64,000 nt of DNA, taken from the NCBI GenBank assembly GCA_963822075.1, contig CAWGGP010000011.1, positions 98,386 through 162,385 on the forward strand. Direction: 5' to 3'. Made by a program: the position numbers and the translations under genes. Origin of the DNA: Candidatus Aminicenantes bacterium. Its GTDB lineage: Bacteria; Acidobacteriota; Aminicenantia; UBA2199. Below the pieces are notes generated by a model. That model searched no databases, was not told the DNA's origin, and worked only from the letters and a program-made list of their open reading frames with translations. Position 1 is the first letter of the stretch, and each line of letters starts with the position of its first letter. Positions 9,074 through 20,914 of this stretch are shown piece by piece.

Positions 9074-10393
9074 ATGAGAAAAGAAATGAAGCTGGGTTTT
9101 TTCCTGATCATCGTGTTCATTGTTTTCGCCTATTTCATCATCAAGACCGAGTCCTGCAGCGAGGTCTTTTCCAAGGGCCAGCGCTATCCGCTCCACGCCC
9201 ATTTCGCCTCGGTCGCCGGCATGTACACGGCCGCCCCGGTGCGCCTGGCCGGCGTCAAGATCGGCATCGTCGAGAAGATCTCCCTGGAAGGGCGCAAGGC
9301 GGTGGTGCTGCTGATGATCGACAAGAAGTACCAGCTCCTGGAAGACGCCCGCGCCATCATTTCCACCATCGGCTTCGTCGGCGAGAAATACGTCGAGATC
9401 GTCTACAAGGACGAATTCAAGTCCGACCACCCTCGCGTCATCCGGCCCAACGGCGAGATCCTGGTCATCGAGCCCTTCAACCTGGACGAGTTGAAGACGA
9501 AATTCGACAGGATCTACGAGCGCACGATCGAGATCACCGACTCCATCAACGCCATCGTTTCCGACAAGAATTCGCAGGAGTCCCTGCGCCAGGCCTTCGT
9601 CAATTTCAGGGTGATCACCGAGTCTTTCAAGAGCATGCTTTCCGAAAACGGCCGCGCCAGCCGCCTGCTGGATGATTTTTCGCAGCTGTCCCGGAAATTG
9701 GACCAGACGGCCGACAAGGCCGACCACCTGATCTCGGGGATGGACTCGTCCATCAACGACGGCCAGCAGGGCATTCTCAGCGAGTTCAAGGACGCGGCGG
9801 CCAAGATCGAAAAGATCACCGCCGACCTGGCGAAAATAAGCGAGGACATGCGCCAGGGCAAGGGAACCGCCGGCAAGCTGCTCCAGGACGAGGAGCTGTA
9901 CAGGAAGATCGACGATTCGGTCACTTCGGTGCAGTCCATGCTGAAGGACCTGGAGAAAAAGAAAAAGACGCTGGACGCCATCACCTTCAATTACGGCGTT
10001 CATTTCGATTACTTCACCCGGTTGAAAAAAGCCCGCTCGGCGCTGGAAATGGGCATCTCCACCCCGCGCTTCCTGATCCTGACCGGGGTGAACGAGGACC
10101 CGGTCAACGGCGATCCGCGCTTCACCGCGCTGGGCGGGAAAAAGATTGCCATGTTTTCCGTGAGCGCCGGGCTGATCGAGTCCGACCTCGGCGCCGCCCT
10201 GCGCCTGAGCATGCTGAGCAACAAGCTGAACCTGGACATCTTCGCCTATCGCTTCTACCGCGAAAAAAATCCGCTCCTGAAGACCATGCTGCGCTTTTCG
10301 CTTTCGAAGAACATCAACATCCAGGCCGGCTACTACGACCTGCTGCAGTCACGCAACCGCGAATTCATGGTGGGCATCAGCTTTGGCAACTAA
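9074..10393 (+). CDS. mlaD: MCE/MlaD-family substrate-binding protein with a long coiled-coil and beta-rich C-terminal extension (439 aa)
   Basis: N-terminal TM helix and an MCE core (YPLHAHFASVAGMYTAAPVRLAGVKIGIVEKISL). It is the third gene of the mlaE-mlaF unit. Confidence 0.75.
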   Translation: MRKEMKLGFFLIIVFIVFAYFIIKTESCSEVFSKGQRYPLHAHFASVAGMYTAAPVRLAGVKIGIVEKISLEGRKAVVLLMIDKKYQLLEDARAIISTIGFVGEKYVEIVYKDEFKSDHPRVIRPNGEILVIEPFNLDELKTKFDRIYERTIEITDSINAIVSDKNSQESLRQAFVNFRVITESFKSMLSENGRASRLLDDFSQLSRKLDQTADKADHLISGMDSSINDGQQGILSEFKDAAAKIEKITADLAKISEDMRQGKGTAGKLLQDEELYRKIDDSVTSVQSMLKDLEKKKKTLDAITFNYGVHFDYFTRLKKARSALEMGISTPRFLILTGVNEDPVNGDPRFTALGGKKIAMFSVSAGLIESDLGAALRLSMLSNKLNLDIFAYRFYREKNPLLKTMLRFSLSKNINIQAGYYDLLQSRNREFMVGISFGN

Positions 10394-11750
10394 AAGCGCG
10401 AAGAACGCCAGCCCGTTCGAGTGCATCGAGTGCGGCTTCCAGAGCCCGAAGTATTACGGGCGCTGCCCGCAGTGCCAGGCCTGGAACTCGCTGGTCGAGA
10501 GCGCCGGCGATGACGCCCTCGAGGCGGAGGGGCCGGACGCCGCCGCCCGGCCGCAGCGGATCAGCGAGATCGACCCCGCCGCAGTGCGCCGGCTGGTCAC
10601 CGGCATGGACGAATTCGACCGCGTCCTGGGGGGCGGCATCGTCAGCCATTCGGCGATCCTCATCGGCGGCGAGCCCGGGGTGGGGAAGTCGACCCTGCTC
10701 CTGGAAGTATCGGCCGTGCTCTCGCAACTGGGCAAAAAGGTCCTCTATTATTCCGGCGAGGAGTCGGCGCTGCAGATCAAGCTCCGCGCCGAAAGGCTGG
10801 AGATCAACTCCGACAACATCCTCCTGTTCACCAGCGGCGCCCTGGAGGACCTCAAGGCCCACGTGCGCGAGCTCAAGCCCGATTTCCTGATCATCGACTC
10901 CATCCAGACCCTCAACTCGAAGAAAACCGCCCACATCAGCGGCTCGGTCTCCTGCCTGCGCTACGTCACCGCCGAGCTCCTGGAGCTGACGAAAAAGAAC
11001 GGCATCACCGTGTTCCTCATCGGCCATATCACCAAGGAGGGCCAGCTGGCCGGCCCGAAAACCCTCGAGCACATGGTCGACGCCGTCCTCTACTTCCAGG
11101 GAGAGACGCAGACCGATATCCGCCTGCTGCGCGCGGAAAAGAACCGCTACGGCCCGCTGAACGAGGTCGGGATTTTCCAGATGTCGGAAAAGGGGCTGAC
11201 CTCGGTCAACGATCCCTCGCAGATCCTGATCCAGAACCGCCGTTCCCAGGCCCCGGGCACCGCCGTTTTCCCGGCCATGAACGGCATGCGCCCGCTGCTG
11301 ACCGAGATCCAGGCGCTGGTCAGCGAAAGCCCGTTCGCCGGCAACCCCAGGCGCATCGCCATCGGCTTCGACAATTACCGCCTCTCCATGCTGATATCGA
11401 TCATCGAAAAGAAACTGAAGCTGCCCTTCTACAAATCCGACGTGTTCCTGAACATCACCGGCGGCATGATCATCCGCGAGCCCTCGGCGGACCTCGCCGT
11501 TTGCCAGGCCCTGATCTCCAGCTACCGCAACGCCCCCCCGCGGGCCAATACCGTCCTCATGGGCGAAGTCGGGCTGACCGGCGAGATCCGGCCGATCAGC
11601 TTCCTGGAAACACGCTTGAAAGAGGCTATAAGACAAGGTTTTACGACTATATGCCTCCCGGCCGGCCAGAGCCAGTTGCCAAATTATCATGATATATCGG
11701 CTATTCCCATCGAAAACATTCACGACCTGCTCGATTTTCTGAAAAAGTAA
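10383..11750 (+). CDS. radA: DNA repair protein RadA/Sms
   Basis: Zn ribbon CIECGFQSPKYYGRCPQCQAWNS, Walker A GGEPGVGKSTL, KNRYGP motif and a Lon-like C-terminus. Confidence 0.95.
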   Translation: MATKSAKNASPFECIECGFQSPKYYGRCPQCQAWNSLVESAGDDALEAEGPDAAARPQRISEIDPAAVRRLVTGMDEFDRVLGGGIVSHSAILIGGEPGVGKSTLLLEVSAVLSQLGKKVLYYSGEESALQIKLRAERLEINSDNILLFTSGALEDLKAHVRELKPDFLIIDSIQTLNSKKTAHISGSVSCLRYVTAELLELTKKNGITVFLIGHITKEGQLAGPKTLEHMVDAVLYFQGETQTDIRLLRAEKNRYGPLNEVGIFQMSEKGLTSVNDPSQILIQNRRSQAPGTAVFPAMNGMRPLLTEIQALVSESPFAGNPRRIAIGFDNYRLSMLISIIEKKLKLPFYKSDVFLNITGGMIIREPSADLAVCQALISSYRNAPPRANTVLMGEVGLTGEIRPISFLETRLKEAIRQGFTTICLPAGQSQLPNYHDISAIPIENIHDLLDFLKK

Positions 11751-11775
11751 ACGCCGATCCTCCCGGCCGGCGCAA

Positions 11776-11804
11776 TTGAAATCCGCATTGAAATAGGGTA
11801 CAAT
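11776..11804 (+). promoter_or_regulatory. Sigma70-like promoter for the PIN-TRAM/ispF/der unit
   Basis: TTGAAA (11776-11781), 17-nt spacer, TACAAT (11799-11804). An AAGGAG RBS precedes the ATG at 11847. Confidence 0.5.
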
Positions 11805-11846
11805 TCAGTAACGGGCAAAGGCATACTATTTTACAAAGGAGATAAA

Positions 11847-12830
11847 ATGCTCTTATATTTTTATAAGCTGATTTTCATCGTCATTTTCGCCATGATCGGT
11901 TATACCTATCCGCCTTTCCGGGGCACATCCCGGGAGCTGGGGGGCTTGTTCGGGGCCGCATTCGCCCTTTCGCTTTCTCTCCTCGTCTTCAAGATAAAAA
12001 AGACCGAACTGAAGCATATTTGGAGCGCCTCGCTGGGTTTGCTTGGCGGCATCGGCATCGGCTGGATCACGTTCCAGCTGTTCAACCTCATCGCCATGTC
12101 CTTCTCGGCCTACGTGTTCTTCAAGGCCCTGTTCCTCTTCGGCATCCCGGTGACGGGCCTGTTCATCGGCATCAGCAAGCCCAACATGTTCTCGCCCCTG
12201 AACATCAAGGAGTTCTTCCGCGGCAGCAGCGCGTTCACCCAGTCCTACCTGCTCGACACGTCGGCGATCATCGACGGCCGGATCGTGGCCATCGCCAGCT
12301 CCGGTTTCGTCGAAGGCGAATTGATCATCACCCAGTTCGTCCTGGCCGAGCTGCAATTCATCGCCGATTCCACCGATGCCAACAAAAAGATCAGGGGCAA
12401 GCGGGGGTTGGACGTCATCGAACAGCTGCAACAGAACAAGGAAATTTCGGTCACCATCCTGAACAAGAACGTCACCGGGGTCAAGGAGGTCGACCAGAAG
12501 CTTGTGCTGCTGGCCCAGGAGCATAATTTCAAGGTCATCACCAACGATGTCAACCTGGCCAAGATCGCCAAACTCCAGGACGTCAAGGTGCTCAACGTCA
12601 ACGAGCTGGCCTTCGCCTTGAAGCCGATCGTCTACCCTGGGGAGAAGCTGCAGACCAAGATCACCAAGGAGGGCAAGGAGAAAAAGCAGGGCCTGGCCTA
12701 CCTGGAGGACGGGACCATGGTCGTTGTCGATGACGCCAAGGGCGATATCGGCCGCGACGTGGAGATCGAAGTGACCTCGGTGCTGCAATCGACCTCCGGC
12801 AAGATCATTTTCGGCAGGAAGACCTCATGA
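11847..12830 (+). CDS. Membrane-anchored PIN + TRAM domain protein (YacL-like)
   Basis: N-terminal TM helices. PIN region LLDTSAIIDGRI..ITQFVLAELQ..VITNDVNLAKIA. C-terminal TRAM-like region GTMVVVDDAKGDIGRDVEIEVTSVLQSTSGKIIF. The radA-yacL-ispF synteny is known from Firmicutes. Confidence 0.75.
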   Translation: MLLYFYKLIFIVIFAMIGYTYPPFRGTSRELGGLFGAAFALSLSLLVFKIKKTELKHIWSASLGLLGGIGIGWITFQLFNLIAMSFSAYVFFKALFLFGIPVTGLFIGISKPNMFSPLNIKEFFRGSSAFTQSYLLDTSAIIDGRIVAIASSGFVEGELIITQFVLAELQFIADSTDANKKIRGKRGLDVIEQLQQNKEISVTILNKNVTGVKEVDQKLVLLAQEHNFKVITNDVNLAKIAKLQDVKVLNVNELAFALKPIVYPGEKLQTKITKEGKEKKQGLAYLEDGTMVVVDDAKGDIGRDVEIEVTSVLQSTSGKIIFGRKTS

Positions 12831-13312
12831 TCAAGATCCGTGCTGGCGTCGGCTACGACATCCACCGTTTGGTCCCGGGAGACGGGCTGATGCTGGGCGG
12901 GGTCAAGATCGCCACCCACCTCAAGGCCGAAGCCCATTCCGACGGGGACGTCCTGGTGCATTCGCTGATCGACGCCCTTTTGGGCGCCATGGGCCAGCCT
13001 GACATCGGCGAGCTCTTCCCGGACAGCGACCCCGCCTACCAGGGCGCTTCCGGATCCCTGCTGCTTGAAAAAGTAAAGGAATTGCTGGATGCCCAGGGTT
13101 ACGAGATACTCAACCTGGACAGCGTGGTGGTCATCGAGGCACCCAGGATCACGCCATTTAAAAATGAGATCCGGAAGACCATTTCACGGATATTGGGGAT
13201 CCCGCAGGCGGACTTCAATATAAAGGGCAAGACAAAGGAAAAGTTGGACGCGGTAGGCAGGGGAGAGGCGGTCGAGTGCTTCAGCATGGCCATGATCCGC
13301 TCATTAAAATGA
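12827..13312 (+). CDS. ispF: 2-C-methyl-D-erythritol 2,4-cyclodiphosphate synthase
   Basis: RAGVGYDIHRL..GGVKI..AHSDGDVLVHSLIDALLGA..DIGELFPD. Confidence 0.95.
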   Translation: MIKIRAGVGYDIHRLVPGDGLMLGGVKIATHLKAEAHSDGDVLVHSLIDALLGAMGQPDIGELFPDSDPAYQGASGSLLLEKVKELLDAQGYEILNLDSVVVIEAPRITPFKNEIRKTISRILGIPQADFNIKGKTKEKLDAVGRGEAVECFSMAMIRSLK

Positions 13313-14619
13313 ACGCCATCCCGTTGATCACCATCGTCGGGGTCCCGAATACGGGGAAATCCACCCTGTTCAACCGCATTCTCGGCAAAAGAAAAGCCCT
13401 GGTGCACAACCTGCCGGGGATGACTCGCGATATTTTCCGCCTGAAGGCCCGGGTAGGCGGCTGCTGGGTGGACCTGCAGGACAGCGGCGGTTTTTTCCCC
13501 GACAAAGAGATTATTTCCGCCGAGATCAACAAGAAGATATTCAAGGCCGCCGAAGACTCGGACCTGGTCATCTTTTTATTCGACGGCAAGCGGGAGCTTC
13601 TCGGCTATGAAAAAGACCTGTATCTCCAGATCAGGAAAATGGGCAAGACGATCATCCCGGTCATCAACAAGGTGGACAGGCTGGACGGTTATCTGCCGCC
13701 GGTTTCCTATTATGAGCTGAACGCCGATTTCATCTTCATCTCGGCCGAACACAACCTGGGCGTCGAAGTCCTCCTCGAGGCGATCGCCAAATTCGTGGGC
13801 CACCCGGTCCAGGCCGACCACGACGACCAGGACGCCCCGCGCATCAGCATCATCGGCAAGCCGAACGTCGGCAAGTCGTCGATCATCAACAAGATCGTAA
13901 ACGACGACCTGGTCATCGTCAGCCCCTTGCCCGGCACGACCAGGGATTCGGTCGACCTCGAGGTCAGGCGCAATCGCCAGGCCTATATCCTCGTCGACAA
14001 CGCCGGCATCCGGAAAATGCAGAAGATAAAGGAAAACACCGAGAGCGCCGCCGTGATCAGGGCCGAGAACGAAATGCGCCATTCGGACGTCATCATCTTC
14101 GTCATCGACATATCGAAGCGGGTCGACCAGAACGACCTGCTGATCGCCCAGAAAGTCGTCAAGTCCGCCAAGCCGGTCATCATCGTCGGCAACAAATCGG
14201 ACCTGCTTCCCGCGGATGCCAAGAGCAACAAGTTCTTCCTCCAGGCGCGCGCCCGCTTCAACTCCCTGTATTTCGCCCCGTTCATCCCGGTCTCGGCCAA
14301 AACCGGGAAGAACATCTTCCAAATGCTGGAAATGGTGGACACCATCACCGCCAAAATAGACAAAAAAATCCAGTTGAACCAGTTCAACGACCTGGTCAAA
14401 AAGCTGCTTCGCGAAAAGAAACTGACCACGTCGGATCACAAGATCTTCAGCCCGAAATTCATCTCCATCGAATCGCAGCGCCCGTTCTTCGTCAAGTTCC
14501 ATTGCAAAACCAGCCTGAAACTGAAGCCGGCCGATGAAATGTACTTGAAGAAAAGATTGACCCAGGAGCTGCAATTCGAGGGTATTCCCATATTTTTCAA
14601 GGTTTCAGCCTCCCGTTAG
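13309..14619 (+). CDS. der: Ribosome-associated GTPase Der/EngA (two G domains + KH-like)
   Basis: G1 motifs GVPNTGKST and GKPNVGKSS, DSGG / DNAGI, NKVD / NKSD. The start is taken at MNAIPLITIVG. Confidence 0.9.
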   Translation: MNAIPLITIVGVPNTGKSTLFNRILGKRKALVHNLPGMTRDIFRLKARVGGCWVDLQDSGGFFPDKEIISAEINKKIFKAAEDSDLVIFLFDGKRELLGYEKDLYLQIRKMGKTIIPVINKVDRLDGYLPPVSYYELNADFIFISAEHNLGVEVLLEAIAKFVGHPVQADHDDQDAPRISIIGKPNVGKSSIINKIVNDDLVIVSPLPGTTRDSVDLEVRRNRQAYILVDNAGIRKMQKIKENTESAAVIRAENEMRHSDVIIFVIDISKRVDQNDLLIAQKVVKSAKPVIIVGNKSDLLPADAKSNKFFLQARARFNSLYFAPFIPVSAKTGKNIFQMLEMVDTITAKIDKKIQLNQFNDLVKKLLREKKLTTSDHKIFSPKFISIESQRPFFVKFHCKTSLKLKPADEMYLKKRLTQELQFEGIPIFFKVSASR

Positions 14620-14640
14620 TCTATACGATCTTAGAGAAGA

Positions 14641-14659
14641 GAAGGGAAGTCTTCCCTTC
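14641..14659 (+). terminator. Hairpin downstream of der (possible terminator)
   Basis: GAAGGGAAG-T-CTTCCCTTC is a perfect inverted repeat 22 nt after the der stop. The downstream T tract is weak (ATTCTAT). Confidence 0.35.
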
Positions 14660-14664
14660 ATTCT

Positions 14665-14682
14665 ATGTCGACATGTCGACAT
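14665..14682. promoter_or_regulatory. 18-bp perfect palindrome ATGTCGACATGTCGACAT upstream of the parA promoter
   Basis: Two overlapping ATGTCGACAT decamers, 29 nt upstream of the -35 element. Function unknown. Confidence 0.4.
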
Positions 14683-14710
14683 CAACTTCATTTTTCAGCG
14701 CAAATATCCC

Positions 14711-14739
14711 TTGACAAAAAAAACGCGATCCATTATATT
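14711..14739 (+). promoter_or_regulatory. Sigma70-like promoter of parAB
   Basis: TTGACA (14711-14716), 17-nt spacer, TATATT (14734-14739). A GGAG RBS precedes the GTG at 14763. Confidence 0.55.
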
Positions 14740-14762
14740 GGCATTGCCAACAAGGAGACAAA

Positions 14763-15518
14763 GTGATCATTACCATTGCCAATCAAAAAGGGGGCGTGGG
14801 CAAAACCACCACATCGATCAATCTCGCGGCGGCCTTCGCCCTGATGGGATACAAGACGCTGCTTATCGACATGGACCCCCAGGCCAACTCCACCGTTACG
14901 TTCATGGATCGCAGCGAACAAAAATATTCGGTGTTCGACCTGCTGGAAAACCCGGACCTGACTTTCGATGAGGTCGTCCAGCCCACCAGCATCATCAATC
15001 TCTCCCTGCTGCCGGCATCGATCGCCCTGGCCAAGCTGGAGTCCAAGCTGGTGGGGGAGATAGACGGTCATTTTCGCCTGAAGGATAAGCTGGACAGGTT
15101 CAAATTCAAGTTCGACTTCATCATTATCGACACGCCGCCTACCTTGGGCCTGATCACCATCAACGCCTTCGTTGCCGCCACACATCTCATTATCCCCATA
15201 CAGGCGTCTTATTTCGCCCTGGAAGGCACGGACGACCTGCTGGAAACCTATGAGAAGGTCAGGGCGCGCAGCAATCCCGACTTGACCCTGCTCGGCGTAC
15301 TGATCACCCTTTATGACAGGCGCATCGTCATCGCCAAGGACAGCGAGGACCACATCCGCAAAATGTTCGCCGAACGCGTTTTCAAAACCATCATTTCAAA
15401 AAACGTCCGCCTTGAGGAAAGCCCGGCCTACAAGGAGTCGATCTTCACTTTTGCCCCGAACTCGAGGGGGGCGATCGAATACCAGGAGTTGGCCAAGGAA
15501 ATCATCAAAAATGTCTAA
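14763..15518 (+). CDS. parA: Chromosome partitioning ATPase ParA/Soj
   Basis: Deviant Walker A IANQKGGVGKTTTSINLA, then IDMDPQANST and IIDTPP. Confidence 0.9.
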   Translation: MIITIANQKGGVGKTTTSINLAAAFALMGYKTLLIDMDPQANSTVTFMDRSEQKYSVFDLLENPDLTFDEVVQPTSIINLSLLPASIALAKLESKLVGEIDGHFRLKDKLDRFKFKFDFIIIDTPPTLGLITINAFVAATHLIIPIQASYFALEGTDDLLETYEKVRARSNPDLTLLGVLITLYDRRIVIAKDSEDHIRKMFAERVFKTIISKNVRLEESPAYKESIFTFAPNSRGAIEYQELAKEIIKNV

Positions 15519-16338
15519 AAAAGTTGGTTTGCCTGATTTCATTAAAATGAAGCATGACCACCATTTGGTCGACGAGATCTCGCTGCGCTCCAAGACCCCG
15601 GTCATCCGCAATATTCCCATCGAAAAGATCAGCGCCAACCAGATGCAGCCGCGCCGCGACATGGGAGATCTGTCCGAATTGACCGATTCCATTAGGGAAA
15701 ACGGCATAATCGAGCCGGTCATCGTCAAGCCCAGGGAAGGCAATTTCGAGATCATCGCCGGTGAAAGACGCTTCCGCGCCGCCAAGGAAGCCGGCCTGCA
15801 CGAAATTCCCTGCATCGAGCACGATATCCCGGATAACGAGGCGCTGGAGATGTCGATCATCGAAAACATCCAGCGCAAGGACCTGAACGTTTTCGAGCAG
15901 TCCCATTCCATTCGTTCGCTGGCCGACATCTATGGCTACACCCATGAAGAAATTGCCAAAAAAATAGGCAAATCCCGGGTCACGGTGACCGAGTTGATCC
16001 GCATCACCGACCTGCCGGAGGAGATAAGGGAAAAGTGCCTGACCCTGGGGATCGATTCCAAGACGTTCCTGTTGGAGCTGACCAAGCTGGAAGACATTGA
16101 AAAGATGAACGAGATCCTGAGCCAATACGGCAAGAAGCCTTTTTCCCGCGAAGAGGTCAAGCAGCAGAGAAAAAATGTCGCCCAGAAATCCTTCAATTTC
16201 AATTTCCTTTCCGACGATAAAAAAGTGAAGATCAATTTCCATTTCAAGCAGGAGAAGGTGGATAAAGAGAGCGTGATCGAGATACTCGAAAAACTGATCC
16301 GGGATATAAAAGAGAACAAGTTCGACAAACTGGGCTGA
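15511..16338 (+). CDS. parB: Chromosome partitioning protein ParB/Spo0J
   Basis: IEKISANQMQPRRD, GIIEPVIVKP..FEIIAGERRFRAAKEAG and HTH GYTHEEIAKKIGKSRVTVTELIRI. The start is taken at MSKKVG, which overlaps the parA stop. Confidence 0.9.
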   Translation: MSKKVGLPDFIKMKHDHHLVDEISLRSKTPVIRNIPIEKISANQMQPRRDMGDLSELTDSIRENGIIEPVIVKPREGNFEIIAGERRFRAAKEAGLHEIPCIEHDIPDNEALEMSIIENIQRKDLNVFEQSHSIRSLADIYGYTHEEIAKKIGKSRVTVTELIRITDLPEEIREKCLTLGIDSKTFLLELTKLEDIEKMNEILSQYGKKPFSREEVKQQRKNVAQKSFNFNFLSDDKKVKINFHFKQEKVDKESVIEILEKLIRDIKENKFDKLG

Positions 16339-16383
16339 ATTTAAAGCGGATTTTGACGTTTATTTATTGAAGTATTGTTTAGT

Positions 16384-16411
16384 GGTTTACATAATATATC
16401 TTATCCGACAC
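16384..16411 (-). other. Candidate dif (XerC/XerD) recombination site
   Basis: The minus-strand 28-mer reads GTGTCGGATAA-GATATA-TTATGTAAACC. The right arm matches the XerD arm as I recall it for B. subtilis dif (TTATGTAAACT) at 10/11. The left arm ends in the conserved ATAA. It lies in the AT-rich gap where gene orientation converges. Confidence 0.5.
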
Positions 16412-16605
16412 TGCGTATATGAACTAGAACCTGGCTTCGCCTCTGAAATTAGAAGTGACTTTGAAGTGACAGCTAAGCATCCCCTCTTGATTGTCGGCGA
16501 AGTCTCATTAAACGAGAAGCCTGCTACCGGATTCTATAGTCCTGCTGGGACGACAATTCACTGAGATCCGAAATCCTTCTCAGGAGCCTTCAGGAGGCGC
16601 GATCG

Positions 16606-17853
<1,248 letters not shown>

Positions 17854-17894
17854 GCCCTACTCCCCCGCCCGGACCGGATTTGCGCCCATGGTGA

Positions 17895-19133
<1,239 letters not shown>

Positions 19134-19170
19134 CGCTCCCTTTTTTACGGGAGCGGGGGGGCGCAAAGTT

Positions 19171-19874
19171 TTATCTGCCCGGCGGCGGGCCGCTTTTCAG
19201 CAGCAGGAAATTGAAGATGCGCTTGCCGGTCTTGCCGTCGCGGCGATAGGAGGGGAAGCGCCCCGCGGAGCAAAAAGTGCATAGGCCGCTGTCCTGGATC
19301 CGCTCCGCCGCAACGCCCAGCGCCGCCAGCGACAGCTTCAGCCCGGATGTAAGGTCCATGGCGTATTTGCCCCGCCCCGCTGGCGCTGAAGATCGCGGCG
19401 GCGTACTTTTTTTTCGCGAACAGCCGGGGGAGTTCCTCCCCCACCTCGTAGCATTTTTTTTCGATGGCCGGCCCCAGGAAAAAGGAAACGCTGCCGAGGT
19501 CCGCTCCCAGCATCGCCACCAGCCTTTCCTCTATTCCCGACTGCAGCCCGCGCCAGCCGACATGGATGACGCCGCCGCGGCGGCGCGCGTCGTCGAAAAA
19601 GAACAGCGGCAGGCAGTCGGCGGTCTGGATCACCGCCACCGCCCCCGGGCGGTCCAGGAAGATCCCGTCGGCTTCGCGTCCCGGCCCGCCAGTCGGCGGC
19701 GGCGACGATGCGGTCGGCATGGACCTGCTTGAGGAACAACAGCGGCTGGGAAGGGAACAGCGACTTCAGGTCGCCGGCCGGGAAATCGCCGCCCGTGAAC
19801 CCGAAAACCAGGGAATCGCTCTCATGGAGCGCCAGGAAGTGCCCGGCGAACTCCTTTTCCTCCAGCTCAATCAA
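19171..19874 (-). CDS. pgeF: YfiH/PgeF-family purine nucleoside phosphorylase/laccase-domain protein, with two frameshifts (~19365, ~19683)
   Basis: Three frames join as LKQVHADRIV / ADGIFLDRPGAVAVIQTADCLPLFFFD..GVIHVGWRG / GVAAERIQDSGLCTFCSAGRFPSYRRDG. Confidence 0.8.
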
Positions 19875-20914
19875 GCCCGGTCTCCTCGTGCTGGAGGATG
19901 AATTTCCGGACCGCGCGGTTGTGCTCGGCCAGGCTTTTCGAAAAATAATGGCTGCTGCCGTCCTTGGACACGAAATAGAGGTACTCGGTGTTTTCCGGGT
20001 AGAGCGCCGCCTCCAGCGAGGCGTAGCCGGGGCTGGCGATCGGGCCCGGGGGCAACCCGCGGTGCAGCCGGGTGTTGTAGGGCGAATCGACCTTCAGGTC
20101 GTCCCAGCCCAGCTTTCCCTGGTAGCGCCCGGCTTTTTTCAAGACGTAGACGATGGTCGAGTCGCAATCGAGAAGCATGTTCTGGCGCAGGCGGTTGTGG
20201 AACACCGAGGAGACCAGGAACCGTTCGTCGCGGTTGGCCGTCTCCTTTTCGATCAGCGAGGCCATGATCACCGCCTGGCGCGGCGTGAAGCCGATGTCCC
20301 GCGCCCGCCAGATCGCGGTGTTGTTGAAATTCTCCCGGAAGCGCCCGACCATGGCGGCGGCCATTTCCGCAGGGCGTGATGTCCTTGCGCACCATGTAGG
20401 TGTCGGGAAAGAGGTAGCCTTCCAGGTCGGTCGCCTCGGGATCGAGGTCGCGGATCAGGGCGGCGGAGCCCGCGACGCGCACGAATTCGGAGGCCGGGAA
20501 AAGCCCGGCTTGCTCGAAGACCTGCGCCGTCTCCCCGATCCAGAGGCCTTCCTTGACGGTCACCTTGTAGAGTATCGCCTTGCCCTGCTCCAGCTTTTCG
20601 ATGACCTGGCGCACGGAGAGGGGGCCGTCGAACAGGTATTCGCCCGCCTTCAGCTTCTTGCCGGCGAAGAACAGGCGGTAATAGCGCCGGAAATACCCGG
20701 CGTCGGCGATGACCCCCTGGCGCTCCAGTTTTTTGCCGATGGCGGCCACGCTCATGCCGCTGTCGATCTGCACCACGGTGTTGTTGGCGTATCCCTGGTA
20801 GGGGTAGAACACCTTGCGGTAGACGCCGTAGCCAAGCCAGAGCAGCCCGGCGGCGGCGAGCAGAAGCAGCAGCAGGAGAAACCGTTTCCAGGACTTTTTA
20901 TTGGTGCGTTTCAT
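19867..20914 (-). CDS. mltG: Endolytic murein transglycosylase MltG (YceG-like), with one frameshift (~20371)
   Basis: N-terminal TM helix, then LEGYLFPDTY / ASLIEKETANRDERFLVSSVFHNRL..LLDCDSTIVY..YNTRLHRGLPPGPIASPG. Confidence 0.85.

Noticed and set aside
15313-15510. N-terminal 66-aa extension of the parB ORF (listed start 15313).
   Set aside because: The extension overlaps the 3' third of parA in another frame and is Arg/Ser/Pro-rich with no ParB similarity. MSKKVG at 15511 gives the standard coupled parA/parB junction.
16367-16564. 65-aa ORF in the AT-rich gap after parB.
   Set aside because: It has no RBS and no recognisable motif, and its composition is atypical. The region is better explained as non-coding, being the dif-like site at a strand-switch gap.
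16340-16605. Possibility that the AT-rich gap next to parAB is oriC.
   Set aside because: Only one imperfect DnaA-box-like sequence (TTATCCGAC) is present, with no cluster and no dnaA or dnaN nearby. Flanking genes converge on the gap rather than diverge from it, which is the opposite of an origin.
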